From: Pseudomonadota bacterium
GTDB taxonomy: Bacteria; Bdellovibrionota; Bdellovibrionia; Bdellovibrionales; Bdellovibrionaceae
Reading direction: 5' to 3'
Assembly: GCA_041178425.1 (NCBI GenBank)
Contig: JBEGVH010000031.1
Location: 64,001-128,000 of the forward strand
Length of the DNA: 64,000 nt
The notes beneath the pieces are model-generated. The model was not told the origin of the DNA, made no database searches, and was given only the letters and a program-made list of their open reading frames with translations. Within the stretch, counting starts at the first letter, position 1. The number at the start of each line of letters is the position of its first letter. Shown here piece by piece: positions 1 through 10,180 of the stretch. A program made the translations under genes and the position numbers.

Positions 1-1219
1 CGCCCATCGTGTAGTGCGGAGCCGGATAAATCATCATTGGTACTTTATAGGGGTTCTCTCCGGTAATCTTTTGATACATTTGAAACAAATTACCGTAACG
101 AGCAGCAATCGCTTCTTCGCCAAGGCGGTTAATTGAATCTCTGAAGTCTAAGTTAACAGCAACTCCCGTAGAACCCACACCGCGACCTTCATCGACGCGG
201 TATTTGGCTTGTCGAGAAGCCACATCGCGAGGAGCAAGGTTGCCGAAACTTGGGTAAATTCTCTCAAGAAAGTAGTCACGTTCGTCATCTGGAATTTCGC
301 TAGCCGGGCGCTTATCGCCTTTATTTTTTGGAACCCAAACGCGGCCATCGTTACGAAGTGATTCAGACATTAGCGTTAGCTTTGACTGGTTTTCCCCATG
401 AACCGGAATGCACGTCGGATGTATTTGAGTGTAACAGGGGTTTGCAAAATAGGCTCCGCGCTTATGTGCTCTCCATGCTGCCGTCACAGCACAAGCCATC
501 GCATTGGTTGAGAGGTAAAACACATTCGAGTATCCGCCGGTTGCAAGAATAACGGCGTCGGCAACATGGGATTCCACTTCACCGGTTAAGAGGTTTCTCA
601 CGATGATCCCGCGCGCCTTACCGTCGATGACGACGAGGTCGAGCATTTCGCGACGATACAGGAGCTCTACTTGCTTTGATTCCACCTGTCTCATCATTGC
701 AGAATAAGCACCAATCAAAAGTTGTTGACCTGTTTGTCCGCGAGCATAAAAAGTCCGGCTAACTTGAGCTCCACCGAAAGATCGGTTTGCCAGAAGGCCG
801 GCATAGTCTCGGGCAAATGGAACCCCTTGAGCAACGCATTGGTCGATAATATTAACCGAAACCTGAGCCAAACGGTGAACGTTTGCTTCTCGCGCTCTAA
901 AATCGCCCCCTTTTACGGTATCGTAAAAAAGTCGGTAAACCGAGTCTCCATCATTTTGATAATTCTTTGCTGCGTTGATACCACCCTGAGCAGCCACAGA
1001 GTGTGCGCGACGGGGGCTTTCATGAATGCAAAAAGCTTTTACATTGTATCCCATCTCACCAAGAGAGGCCGCAGCACTCGCTCCTGCCAATCCAGTTCCA
1101 ACGACAATAACGTTGTACTTTCTCCGATTAGCTGGATTGACCAGTTTCATACCGAACTTGTGCTTGTCCCATTTTTCTTCAATCGATCCAGAAGGAATTT
1201 TACTATCAAGTGTTACCAT
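1..1219 (-). CDS. sdhA: Succinate dehydrogenase/fumarate reductase flavoprotein subunit, 5' part only; runs off the left edge and is absent from the ORF track
   Basis: Manual minus-strand translation from ATG 1219 gives [11 protein letters not shown]...[17 protein letters not shown] (FAD-binding GxGxxG) ...[23 protein letters not shown]; lies directly downstream of sdhC. Confidence 0.93.
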   Translation of the reverse strand, partial: MVTLDSKIPSGSIEEKWDKHKFGMKLVNPANRRKYNVIVVGTGLAGASAAASLGEMGYNVKAFCIHESPRRAHSVAAQGGINAAKNYQNDGDSVYRLFYDTVKGGDFRAREANVHRLAQVSVNIIDQCVAQGVPFARDYAGLLANRSFGGAQVSRTFYARGQTGQQLLIGAYSAMMRQVESKQVELLYRREMLDLVVIDGKARGIIVRNLLTGEVESHVADAVILATGGYSNVFYLSTNAMACAVTAAWRAHKRGAYFANPCYTQIHPTCIPVHGENQSKLTLMSESLRNDGRVWVPKNKGDKRPASEIPDDERDYFLERIYPSFGNLAPRDVASRQAKYRVDEGRGVGSTGVAVNLDFRDSINRLGEEAIAARYGNLFQMYQKITGENPYKVPMMIYPAPHYTMG

Positions 1220-1232
1220 AATGTTTTTTTCC

Positions 1233-1898
1233 TTAGTTCATAAAGTAAACGTAAATTGGTTGCGCAATAAATCCCCCGCCAACGACAAGGGCGTAGAGGC
1301 AGCTTATTGCTTGTCTTTTCTTTTCATGGGCTCGACTGTTAAGTCCAAAGGATTGCAAAAGTGATCCAACCCCGTGGCTCAAATGTGCCGTGAGTAGAAT
1401 CAAGCATACAATATATCCTGCGACGTAGGCAGGGTTAGCAAACACCTCAACCACTAATCGATGAATGTCTCGCATAACCACTCCGTTCACAGTGGTTTCA
1501 TAATAAGTACCAAACTTGAATGTTATTAGGTGGTAAATAACAAAAAACAAAATAATTGCGCCATGAAAAACCATCGTTCGTGATGACCAAGACACCTTTT
1601 TTTCTCCGCTGGCCTGAACATGATATCGGGCACCTTTAGCAGCCCTATTTTTCAAAGTCAGTCTCATCCCCATAAACACGTGGGTGAGCAAAGAAAAAAT
1701 CAATGCAGCTTCTGCTACATAAATAATCTTGCCACTGGTGAGTGCGTGTCCGTACTCATTGTAGGCGTCGGAACCTACAAACAATAATAAATTGCCTAGC
1801 ATGTGAGCCATTACAAATCCTACCCAAATGAAACCGCTGAGTCCCATCAAGTATTTCATGCCGACTGTTGATGCAAAAAAACATACCTTTCTCGTCAT
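1233..1898 (-). CDS. sdhC: Succinate dehydrogenase cytochrome b558 subunit
   Basis: Multi-TM protein with heme His motifs (HMLGNL, HLITFK, HLSHG); adjacent to sdhA. Confidence 0.9.
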   Translation of the reverse strand: MTRKVCFFASTVGMKYLMGLSGFIWVGFVMAHMLGNLLLFVGSDAYNEYGHALTSGKIIYVAEAALIFSLLTHVFMGMRLTLKNRAAKGARYHVQASGEKKVSWSSRTMVFHGAIILFFVIYHLITFKFGTYYETTVNGVVMRDIHRLVVEVFANPAYVAGYIVCLILLTAHLSHGVGSLLQSFGLNSRAHEKKRQAISCLYALVVGGGFIAQPIYVYFMN

Positions 1899-2088
1899 GG
1901 ATTCCTCTCTCTACAGGCACCTCGTGCGGCGCCTAAAATCTGTGTTCTATTACGTCTTAACCCTAGGAAATTTCTTTGTCTATTCTGCTCTTTTTAAAGT
2001 TTGTTTTGCGTCGAGTTACAGCGATCAACCTTTGCTTGCCCCAGTTTTTCCTAGGTATAGTGCGGGCATTCAGAGAAAGGTGCATAAA

Positions 2089-2862
2089 ATGAAAATTTTT
2101 GTGTGTATCAAGCAGGTTCCGGATACGGAAACTAAGATCAAGATAGCCGCTGATTTAAAGGGAATCGATCCATCCTCCATAAAGTGGATTGTGAATCCCT
2201 ACGATGAATATGCCATTGAAGAAGCCGTGAAGCTCAAAGAAGCAAATGCAGGCTCAACAGTAACAGTTTTTACGGTCGGCCCTAAAAAAAGAGCGGCAGA
2301 GGTTCTACGCACGGCTCTTGCCATGGGCGCCGATGAAGGCGTTGTTATAGATTCTCCTGAATTTGTGGACCCAATTGTTTGTGCAAAAGCTCTCTCTGCT
2401 GCCATCAAACAGGAAGGTGCCTTCGATATTATTCTCGCGGGCAAGCTAGCCATTGATGATAATGCCTCCAGCGTCGGCCCAATGCTTGCTCAATTATTAA
2501 ATATTCCTCATGCTTCCGTTGTTGCAAAACTATCCGTAGCAGGCTCTGCCCTAACGGCGGAGAGAGAAGTTGAGGGGGGCACTAAAGAGGTCGTTCAAAT
2601 CCAAACTCCAGCCCTCATCAGCGCTACAAAGGGTTTAAATACTCCACGGTATGCGAGTCTTCCTGGAATTATGAAGGCAAAAAAGAAAGTTCTTAAGGAG
2701 TTAGATTTCGCCGGCCTCGGTGTCGATGGTAAAGCCTCAACCACCTTGACCCAGTTCCGTCTACCTGCCGAAAAGCCAGCTGCTAAAATACTTGCTGGCT
2801 CTGCTGATCAACAAGTTTCTGAGCTCGTTCGTCTCTTAAGAGATGAAGCGAAAGCCCTATAG
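2089..2862 (+). CDS. etfB: Electron transfer flavoprotein beta subunit (start corrected from 1828 to ATG 2089)
   Basis: MKIFVCIKQVPDT, NPYDEYAIEEA, ALAMGAD, PRYASLPGIMKAKKK motifs; AGAAAGG SD before ATG 2089. Confidence 0.95.
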   Translation: MKIFVCIKQVPDTETKIKIAADLKGIDPSSIKWIVNPYDEYAIEEAVKLKEANAGSTVTVFTVGPKKRAAEVLRTALAMGADEGVVIDSPEFVDPIVCAKALSAAIKQEGAFDIILAGKLAIDDNASSVGPMLAQLLNIPHASVVAKLSVAGSALTAEREVEGGTKEVVQIQTPALISATKGLNTPRYASLPGIMKAKKKVLKELDFAGLGVDGKASTTLTQFRLPAEKPAAKILAGSADQQVSELVRLLRDEAKAL

Positions 2863-2871
2863 GAGTCATTT

Positions 2872-3837
2872 ATGTCAAAACTCTTAATCTTTACTGAACA
2901 TCAAAACGGAAAGCTCAAAAGAAGCGCTCTCGAGCTACTTTCTTTTGCCCACCAAACCGGCGCCGAAACAGTGGCCTTAGTCTCTGGCTCCGATTCGGCC
3001 TCTGTCATTCCAGAACTTGGCCAATGGGGTGTCTCAGCGGTTCATGTGATTTCAGACTCAAATTTTGATAAGTATAATCCTGAACTTTTTGAGCAAACCT
3101 TCTCTGGGGCGATTAAATCTATTGCTCCTTCTTGTGTCTTAGCGTCTTGCTCTGCTCTGGGGAAGGATCTCTTTCCTCGAGTGGCTGCCAACCTGGGATT
3201 TGCATGTGCGAGTGATTGTACCCATATCGATTGGAACGGCGGTAAAATAAAGGCTACCAAACCACTCTACTCAGGAAAATGCTTGGCCGATGTTGAGTTC
3301 GAAGCAACGCCAATCATCTTGATGAGAGCTAATCAACTGCCTTTAGTTGCTTGCCCAAATAAAAATCATACGCCACAAAAAGTTGATGTGACTGCATCAG
3401 TAAGCGACCTCAAAACTCTCATAAAAGAAATTGTAAAAGGGGCTTCACAAAAGTTAGACCTCACAGAGGCGAATATAATCGTTTCTGGCGGTAGGGGAGT
3501 TAAGGCTCCTGAAAACTTTAAACTCCTCAATGACTTAGCAGACGTTCTTGGAGCCACCGTTGGTGCTTCAAGGGCTGTCGTTGACGCCGGCTGGGTCTCT
3601 CATGAAATGCAAGTGGGGCAAACAGGAAAAACAGTCGCCCCTACGCTTTATATAGCGGTTGGTATTTCGGGAGCTATTCAACATTTGGCTGGTATGAGCG
3701 GAAGTAAAGTCATTGTTGCGATCAATAACGACGCCAATGCACCTATTTTTCAAAAAGCAACTTATGGAATTGTAGGAGATTTATTTGAAGTTTTACCGTT
3801 GCTAACATCAGAGTTCAAAAAAGCATTGCCACACTAA
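2872..3837 (+). CDS. etfA: Electron transfer flavoprotein alpha subunit
   Basis: IIVSGGRG, GASRAVVDAGW, QVGQTGKTV, GISGAIQHLAGM motifs. Confidence 0.96.
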   Translation: MSKLLIFTEHQNGKLKRSALELLSFAHQTGAETVALVSGSDSASVIPELGQWGVSAVHVISDSNFDKYNPELFEQTFSGAIKSIAPSCVLASCSALGKDLFPRVAANLGFACASDCTHIDWNGGKIKATKPLYSGKCLADVEFEATPIILMRANQLPLVACPNKNHTPQKVDVTASVSDLKTLIKEIVKGASQKLDLTEANIIVSGGRGVKAPENFKLLNDLADVLGATVGASRAVVDAGWVSHEMQVGQTGKTVAPTLYIAVGISGAIQHLAGMSGSKVIVAINNDANAPIFQKATYGIVGDLFEVLPLLTSEFKKALPH

Positions 3838-3844
3838 ATTTTAT

Positions 3845-3873
3845 AAGGCCCGCGGGGAACCCGCGGGTCTTTT
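3845..3873 (+). terminator. Probable rho-independent terminator after etfA
   Basis: aaggcccgcggg-gaa-cccgcgggtctt GC-rich stem ending in a short T run. Confidence 0.65.
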
Positions 3874-3875
3874 CG

Positions 3876-4547
3876 GTGATTGTGAAAAATTTTTTTCGTT
3901 CCCATATCTTACCTCATTTGGCCTGGATGCTCTTAAGATTCCTTTGGTGGAGCTGGCGCTATACAATTGTCGAAGCTCCAGAGTTGAAGCGCCTTTTAAA
4001 GGAAAAAAGTCCCTTTCTGTTAGCCCATTGGCACGGAGATGAAATTGCCCTAATGCCTTTTATCACTCGCTACCGGCTCGCAACTATTGCTTCGACCTCA
4101 AAAGATGGCGAACTAATGGCTGGCTTTATTCACAAACTCGGAGGAGTGACCTCTCGTGGCTCATCCACAAGAGGCGGTGTCGCTGCCCTGAAGGGACTTA
4201 TTCGACTCATTAAAAATGACCGACACAACTCTAGTTTTGCTGTTGATGGACCGAAGGGTCCCATTTACAAAGTTAAGCCTGGTGTTTTTGAAGTTTCACG
4301 GATTGCCAATGCACCTATTTTTTGGGCAGGGGTGAGTGCAGATCGATACTATTCTTTTCCTAAGGCTTGGAATAAGGCGACCCTACCAAAACCCTTTGCA
4401 AGAGTGTTTGTTGAGTGGCATGGCCCAATGCCTGCCCTGAGCTCTGAAGACGACCCAAAATCACTCCAGCTAAGCACTGAGTTAGAAGAAAAGCTCAATG
4501 CTGCAAAACATCAGGCCAGTAAACAATTTGAAGTTGGTCCATCGTGA
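3876..4547 (+). CDS. DUF374 / lysophospholipid acyltransferase-family protein
   Basis: WHG, S.SKDGE, RGSSTRGG, DGPKGP, W...LPKPF motifs. Confidence 0.8.
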   Translation: MIVKNFFRSHILPHLAWMLLRFLWWSWRYTIVEAPELKRLLKEKSPFLLAHWHGDEIALMPFITRYRLATIASTSKDGELMAGFIHKLGGVTSRGSSTRGGVAALKGLIRLIKNDRHNSSFAVDGPKGPIYKVKPGVFEVSRIANAPIFWAGVSADRYYSFPKAWNKATLPKPFARVFVEWHGPMPALSSEDDPKSLQLSTELEEKLNAAKHQASKQFEVGPS

Positions 4548-4641
4548 AGTCCATAATAGAATTGGACAACTCCCGAAGCTGAATGCTAGCGTTTTAACGT
4601 TACCTTTCAACTAAGGCTCGTTAACACAAGGAAGATGTAAT

Positions 4642-5478
4642 ATGAAAATGACTTTGCCATTGAAACAACTGTTGTTTGCCTTATCATTTCTGTTTTGCTC
4701 AAACCTCTTAGCCAACATTTCAGACAGTGATGTGCTTGCAGTTATTGGATCAAAATCAATCACCATCGGTGAATTCAACAAAAAGTTCAATGAAGTAAAG
4801 TCTCAAACTCTCAACCCACCAACAAAGGAAGAGTTTCTTGAAGATCTCGTACGTTATTATGTCGGGCTTCAAGAAGCAGAGAAAAAAGGCCTCCGCAATG
4901 ATCCTGTGATAAAAGAAAAAATGGAACAAGAGATGTACAAGGGGCTCTTGGAAAAAAATCTAGGTCCCGAGGTGGCAAGTATCAAGGTTACCGACGAGCA
5001 AATGAAGGCCTGGTATAAAGAAAATCCCGAAATCAGAACCAGTCACATTCTCATTGAATACAAGCCCGGTTCAAAACCCGAAGAAATGGCTGCCGCCAGA
5101 AAAAGAGCCCAAGAAATATTCGATAATGAAGTAAGAAATAGCAAACGTCCCTTCGAAGAGTTGGTTCGCCTCTTTTCAGACGATCCACTGAGCAAACAAA
5201 CCGGTGGAGACATTGGTTGGCAAAACAGGTTAACGCTCGTGCCAAACTATTATAACACCGCCCTAAAAATGAAAACTGGAGAAATTAAGGGCCTCGTTGA
5301 GACTCCTTTTGGATTTCATATCATTAAATTAACTGGCAAACATTCTTATGAAAACGCCAATAAGCGACAAATCAGAACGGCAGTTTTTGATGAACAGCGG
5401 CGCCAAAAGTTTAATAAGTATTTCGAAGCTCTAAAGAAAGACTATCCGATTAAGGTTAATTCAAAGTTAATCAAATGA
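4642..5478 (+). CDS. Exported parvulin-type peptidyl-prolyl isomerase
   Basis: Signal peptide; SHILI, FEELVRLFSDD, GGDIGW, ETPFGFHIIKL rotamase motifs. Confidence 0.9.
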   Translation: MKMTLPLKQLLFALSFLFCSNLLANISDSDVLAVIGSKSITIGEFNKKFNEVKSQTLNPPTKEEFLEDLVRYYVGLQEAEKKGLRNDPVIKEKMEQEMYKGLLEKNLGPEVASIKVTDEQMKAWYKENPEIRTSHILIEYKPGSKPEEMAAARKRAQEIFDNEVRNSKRPFEELVRLFSDDPLSKQTGGDIGWQNRLTLVPNYYNTALKMKTGEIKGLVETPFGFHIIKLTGKHSYENANKRQIRTAVFDEQRRQKFNKYFEALKKDYPIKVNSKLIK

Positions 5479-6443
5479 TGAATAAATTATCGCCTCTGCG
5501 GTTCCTAATTGCCGTAGGGTTGTTGTCCTGTGGGGCTTGTAACTGGTATCAAGCCTCTTTAAAAAACAAGGTTGTTGTTAAGGTTGATTCAAATGAATTC
5601 AATTCCAAACAATTTGCCGACGAACTATCTCATAGGCTTTCAAAGTACGACGCGCTTACAGCCAAAGACCCGAAGAATATCGAACTTGTCAAAAATGCCA
5701 TCATCAATGACTTTATTCTATCCTCTATTTTAAAAAAGTGGGCCCAAGATAACAATATTCAAGTATCAAAAGTTCAAATCGAAGACGAGATAGCGAAGGT
5801 TCGTAAAGGGTTTCCCGACGACTTAACATTTAGAGAAGAGCTTTCAAAGCAGGGTGTCTCGCTTTATCAGTGGCAGCAATCGATGACTGAACGTCTTCTT
5901 GAAAAGGCTGCCATGAATCATGTTAATAAAATGGTGCCTCAGCCCACTGATGAGGAAATTTCTAAACACTATCAGCTTTCAAATAAAAAGTATTTTCAAA
6001 AGGAACGGGTGTACTTGCACCAGATTGTTCTGGCCACCAATTCCGATGCTGATCAAGTACAAGTAGCTTTAAAAAAGAATCAATCTTTTGCGAGCCTAGC
6101 TCAAGAATTTAGTATAACGCCAGAAAGTAAAAAGGGTGGAGAGGTCGGTTGGGTCGAGAAAGGTCTTTTGCCTGTCTTTGATGAGGCCTTTACATTACCC
6201 ATCGGCAAGGCAAGTGATCCAATTCAGAGTCCTTACGGCTTTCATATTTTATTGGTTACAAAAAAATCGCCAGAAGGACCAATACCATTGAGTAATGTTC
6301 ATGACGCGATTAAACGGGAATTGAAGGGCCAGAGGGATCAAGCGTATTTTTCGAAATGGCTCGAAAATCAGATAAGGAGCTTGCATGTTTTCAAAGATCA
6401 ACAGCTTATTGATGCCATGGCAGTCGAAACTCGCAAAGAGTAG
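5475..6443 (+). CDS. PrsA/SurA-like parvulin PPIase, probable lipoprotein
   Basis: N-terminal hydrophobic segment with Cys; FASLAQEFS, GGEVGW, SPYGFHIL motifs. Confidence 0.85.
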   Translation: MMNKLSPLRFLIAVGLLSCGACNWYQASLKNKVVVKVDSNEFNSKQFADELSHRLSKYDALTAKDPKNIELVKNAIINDFILSSILKKWAQDNNIQVSKVQIEDEIAKVRKGFPDDLTFREELSKQGVSLYQWQQSMTERLLEKAAMNHVNKMVPQPTDEEISKHYQLSNKKYFQKERVYLHQIVLATNSDADQVQVALKKNQSFASLAQEFSITPESKKGGEVGWVEKGLLPVFDEAFTLPIGKASDPIQSPYGFHILLVTKKSPEGPIPLSNVHDAIKRELKGQRDQAYFSKWLENQIRSLHVFKDQQLIDAMAVETRKE

Positions 6444-7392
6444 CGCCCTCTTGGTTTTAATTATAACAACTCACCTGCCAACAAATTGTTTTGCTGATGA
6501 GCTTGTGGAAAAAACGGTAGCTCTTGTGAATAATGAGCCCATTCTTTTGTCGGATATCAAGCAATTGGAGAGGCGACTGAGTAAATCCTCTATGATTGAT
6601 GATCTCCTCCTTTTTGATTTGCCTATTGAAAGCCTAAAGAAAGATAAAAAAGCACAATTACAATTTTTAATAAACGAGCGAATCGTTGATTCAGAGGTTA
6701 AAAGAAATAATCTCGGTGTTACCATGGATCGGGTAGATCAAGAAATTAGAGAGATTGCAAAGCGCAACAATATTAGTAAAGAGGACCTTTTAAAAACTCT
6801 CCAAACCCAGGGGATTAACTCTTCGGATTACCAGTCTTTCATGAAACAGAGAATTGAGCGACAATCTATTGTAGAGCAAGAAATCACCTCAAAAATCCGT
6901 TTAAGCGACGAAGACGTTCTCGCTTTCTACAGTGGCCAGACCGGTAAGAAGTTTAATAAAATAAACGAGTACTCAATTTCTCACATCTTCTTTAATCCTC
7001 AAAAGGGAGGGGCTGAGCAAGCTTACTCAAGAGCAAAAGGTGTCTTGGAGCAAATCAAATCGGGCACCAGCTTCGAAAAGGCCTTGAGCAAGTCCACTGA
7101 AGAGACTAGCCCTGCAGCCGGTGGAATGTTGGGCACATTCAAGTCAGGCGAATTTTCAGTCGAAATGGAAAAAGCCGTCAAAGATTTAAACATTGGTGAG
7201 GTTTCTGATGTTGTAAAGTCTCGATCTGGCTTTCATATTCTTAAACTTGTTCAAAAGAAACTTATTGCTGATCCTGACTTTGAGAAGAATAAGGAAAAGT
7301 ATCGCGCCCTGCTTTTCGAGAAAGTCTTTAAGCGACAATTAAAGGCTTGGATTGATTTAAAACGCGAAGAAGCCAGCATCACTCTAAATTAG
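6385..7392 (+). CDS. surA: SurA-family periplasmic chaperone/PPIase (start 6385 or 6412)
   Basis: VALVNNEPILLSD SurA N-domain, one rotamase domain (SHIFF, GGMLG, SRSGFHILKL); precedes pdxA as in the conserved surA-pdxA order. Confidence 0.8.
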   Translation: MFSKINSLLMPWQSKLAKSSALLVLIITTHLPTNCFADELVEKTVALVNNEPILLSDIKQLERRLSKSSMIDDLLLFDLPIESLKKDKKAQLQFLINERIVDSEVKRNNLGVTMDRVDQEIREIAKRNNISKEDLLKTLQTQGINSSDYQSFMKQRIERQSIVEQEITSKIRLSDEDVLAFYSGQTGKKFNKINEYSISHIFFNPQKGGAEQAYSRAKGVLEQIKSGTSFEKALSKSTEETSPAAGGMLGTFKSGEFSVEMEKAVKDLNIGEVSDVVKSRSGFHILKLVQKKLIADPDFEKNKEKYRALLFEKVFKRQLKAWIDLKREEASITLN

Positions 7393-7404
7393 AAAACAAC
7401 AGTC

Positions 7405-8358
7405 ATGGGTAAAAAAGTTATCGGCATCACCACAGGCGATCAAACGGGGATAGGACTAGAAGTGACTACAAAGGCCCTTTCCTCCCTTAAGGGCTCGTCT
7501 TCTGTTTATGTGATTTGGCAAAGCTCTCAAAAAACAAAGTTTTGCTGGAAGCCCTTGCCCAAAAAAACGAGCCTGATCGTTCGATCTTTGGACGATGCAC
7601 TCTCAGAAGTCCAAGCGCGAAGATCCCCTTATCGATTCATACATATTGATTCGGATGATAGCCCTGCCCATTGGGTGAAGGAGGCCGCTCAAGGTTGTCT
7701 GGACGGAAAACTTTCTGGGATGGTTACCGGGCCTGTCTCTAAAAAAACTTTTCTGGAATTTGATCGTGAAAGTATCGGACACACTCCCTTACTAAAGAAG
7801 CAATGTAAGGCTACTTCGGCCTATATGGGTTTTTTGGGTAGCCGCTTCAATGTCGTTCTGTTGACCGGGCACCTGCCTCTTTCAAATATTGAAAAAGCCT
7901 TAACGCCAGCAGAGCTAGAAAAGGGGTTCAAAACAGTGAGTGAGTGGACGGCTTTTCTTCCAACCAAGTTGCGAAGAAGACCGCTTGGAATCCTTGGCCT
8001 CAATCCTCATAGTGGAGAGAGTGGGGTAATAGGTACCTTCGAGCAAAATATTCTTGGGCCCCTCCTAAAAAAGTATCCTCACTTGCGAGGGCCGCTGGTT
8101 CCAGACGCAGCCTTTTTGAAAGAGAACTGGGACAAATTTTCCTTTTATATCTCTCTTTACCATGACCAAGGATTAATTCCTTTTAAAATGATCCATGGCC
8201 ATTCAGGGGGGGCCCATGTTACTCTGGGACTTCCAATCATTCGAACGAGTGTTGATCACGGAACGGCCGAGGACATTTATGGCAAGGGAATCGCTCAGGC
8301 AAACTCCATGCGAGATGCGATTAAATGGTGTGAAGCACTCACAAGTAAGAAAGGTTAA
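7405..8358 (+). CDS. pdxA: 4-hydroxythreonine-4-phosphate dehydrogenase
   Basis: TGDQTGIGLE, GLNPHSGE, YHDQGLIPFK, TLGLPIIRTSVDHGTA motifs. Confidence 0.93.
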   Translation: MGKKVIGITTGDQTGIGLEVTTKALSSLKGSSSVYVIWQSSQKTKFCWKPLPKKTSLIVRSLDDALSEVQARRSPYRFIHIDSDDSPAHWVKEAAQGCLDGKLSGMVTGPVSKKTFLEFDRESIGHTPLLKKQCKATSAYMGFLGSRFNVVLLTGHLPLSNIEKALTPAELEKGFKTVSEWTAFLPTKLRRRPLGILGLNPHSGESGVIGTFEQNILGPLLKKYPHLRGPLVPDAAFLKENWDKFSFYISLYHDQGLIPFKMIHGHSGGAHVTLGLPIIRTSVDHGTAEDIYGKGIAQANSMRDAIKWCEALTSKKG

Positions 8359-8361
8359 TTT

Positions 8362-9732
8362 ATGGCATTCGATCCAGTGATTTTCAGAGAGTACGATATT
8401 CGTGGTATTTACGGCGAGGAATTTGACTTGCAGTTTGCCTATGAGCTTGGAAGAACGTACGCCACCTATCATCATCTCAAGACCAACCTGCCGCACTCAC
8501 GAGTCGCCGTTGGATACGATGCTCGCCTCTCAAGCCCAGATATTTTTAATAGCTTATCGCGAGGCCTGAATGAGGGGGGCCTTGACGTGCTGAACTTGGG
8601 TTTAGTGACAACTCCCATGAACTATTTTGCGAACTTTTCCGTGGACGTTACCGGCAGCATAATGATCACAGGCAGTCACAACCCGCCTAATTATAATGGA
8701 TTTAAGATTTGTCTCGAAAAATCTAGTTTGTTTGGTGAAGAAATCCAAAATTTGAGGTCGATCTACCTTAAAAAAGATTGGTACGTTGGAAACTTGGGAG
8801 TTACGTCTCACTTCGATATTTTTCCAATCTATATTGATCGATATAAAGATGAATTTAATAAACTCCAACCGCTTAAAGTTGTTCTTGATTGCGGTAATGG
8901 GGCTGCTGGAGTTATTGCTCGCAAATTATTCCAAAGTGTCGGAATTGATCCTATTGTCTTATGTGAAGAACCAGATGGTCGTTTTCCGATTCACCATCCA
9001 GACCCAACCGTAGAAAAAAACCTGACCATGTTGAAAGAGGCAGTACTTAAGGAAAAGGCTGCTATCGGCATTGGTTTCGATGGAGATGCTGATCGCATTG
9101 GCTTAGTCGATGAAAAGGGCCAAATGATTTATGGCGATGAACTCATGGTTATGATTGCTCGCGATATCCTCGCAAACAAAAAAGGAGCCAAAATAGTTGG
9201 TGATGTGAAATGTTCAGATCGGCTCTACGACGATGTTAAGGCCCATGGTGGAGAGCCAATCATGTGGAAAACTGGCCATAGCCTTATCAAAGACAAAATT
9301 AAACAAGAGAAGGCTCCCTTTGGTGGTGAAATGAGCGGCCACATATTCTTTGCCGACCGAAATTACGGATACGATGATGCTGTTTATGCTGGTTTGCGTG
9401 TGGTTGAGATTCTTTCAAAAACAGGAAAAACAGTTTCGCAACTTTTAGAAGGTCTCCCTAAGGCCTTCAACACTCCAGAAATTAGAATCGATACCACCGA
9501 AGAACGAAAGCAACTCATCGTGGATAAGCTCAAAGAAAAGTTTCTCGAGCGCTCAGACGACTATGAAGTAAATCTCCTCGATGGAATTAGAATTTCCTTT
9601 AAAGATGGTTGGGCTCTAGCAAGAGCTTCTAATACTCAACCCGTATTGGTATTGCGATTTGAAGCTAATTCTGAACAGCGGCTTCAAGAGATCAAAAAAC
9701 AAATTGAAGAAGTGGCAAATAAATACTTGTAA
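8362..9732 (+). CDS. Phosphomannomutase/phosphoglucomutase (AlgC-like)
   Basis: FREYDIRG, TGSHNP (catalytic Ser), DGDADR metal loop, GEMSGH, RASNTQP. Confidence 0.93.
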   Translation: MAFDPVIFREYDIRGIYGEEFDLQFAYELGRTYATYHHLKTNLPHSRVAVGYDARLSSPDIFNSLSRGLNEGGLDVLNLGLVTTPMNYFANFSVDVTGSIMITGSHNPPNYNGFKICLEKSSLFGEEIQNLRSIYLKKDWYVGNLGVTSHFDIFPIYIDRYKDEFNKLQPLKVVLDCGNGAAGVIARKLFQSVGIDPIVLCEEPDGRFPIHHPDPTVEKNLTMLKEAVLKEKAAIGIGFDGDADRIGLVDEKGQMIYGDELMVMIARDILANKKGAKIVGDVKCSDRLYDDVKAHGGEPIMWKTGHSLIKDKIKQEKAPFGGEMSGHIFFADRNYGYDDAVYAGLRVVEILSKTGKTVSQLLEGLPKAFNTPEIRIDTTEERKQLIVDKLKEKFLERSDDYEVNLLDGIRISFKDGWALARASNTQPVLVLRFEANSEQRLQEIKKQIEEVANKYL

Positions 9733-9769
9733 CAGAACTTTGGCCTCAACTTTATTGGGGCCAGAAAAT

Positions 9770-9800
9770 AAAAAAGGAGACCAAACGGTCTCCTTTTTTT
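9770..9800. terminator. Bidirectional intrinsic terminator between convergent PMM/PGM and atpE
   Basis: aaaaaaggagacc-aaac-ggtctccttttttt: perfect stem with an A tract left and a T tract right; a second hairpin (tggcctcaa/ttggggcca) at 9741-9763. Confidence 0.85.
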
Positions 9801-9820
9801 ATGTCTATGATACGTCTCAA

Positions 9821-10144
9821 TTAACCGATTTTTTGGTTAAGGAAAAGAGCGATCAAGAACGCCAAGATCACAAGTGCTTCGATAAGAGCAAGCGCAACGA
9901 TCATCGGAGTGAAGATCTTGTCTTGAGCAGCTGGGTTGCGAGCGATACCCTCAAGGGCAGCTGCAGCTGTTTTAGATTGAGCCTGAGCTCCACCAAAAGC
10001 AGCGATACCAATTGCTAAGCCAGCACCAATTGCCAACATGCCATTGTTAGATCCAGCTGTTGTAGCAGCTTCTTGTGCGAAGGCAGGTACTGCAGCAACA
10101 AAAGCCAACAAAGCAACTGCCATTTTTTCCATAGTTTTTCTCAT
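9821..10144 (-). CDS. atpE: F0 ATP synthase subunit c with an N-terminal signal-like extension
   Basis: GIARNPAA loop and ALIEAL conserved Glu; AGGAG SD before ATG 10144. Confidence 0.95.
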   Translation of the reverse strand: MRKTMEKMAVALLAFVAAVPAFAQEAATTAGSNNGMLAIGAGLAIGIAAFGGAQAQSKTAAAALEGIARNPAAQDKIFTPMIVALALIEALVILAFLIALFLNQKIG

Positions 10145-10180
10145 GAGGTTATCTCCTTTTTCTAGTTCTTTCTCTTTAAA

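Noticed and set aside
722..1243. 173-aa plus-strand ORF and other short ORFs at 148-1364
   Set aside because: Antisense or off-frame shadows of sdhA/sdhC.
1828..2088. 87-aa N-terminal extension of EtfB in the ORF track
   Set aside because: It overlaps sdhC and the divergent promoter; EtfB homology and the SD begin at ATG 2089.
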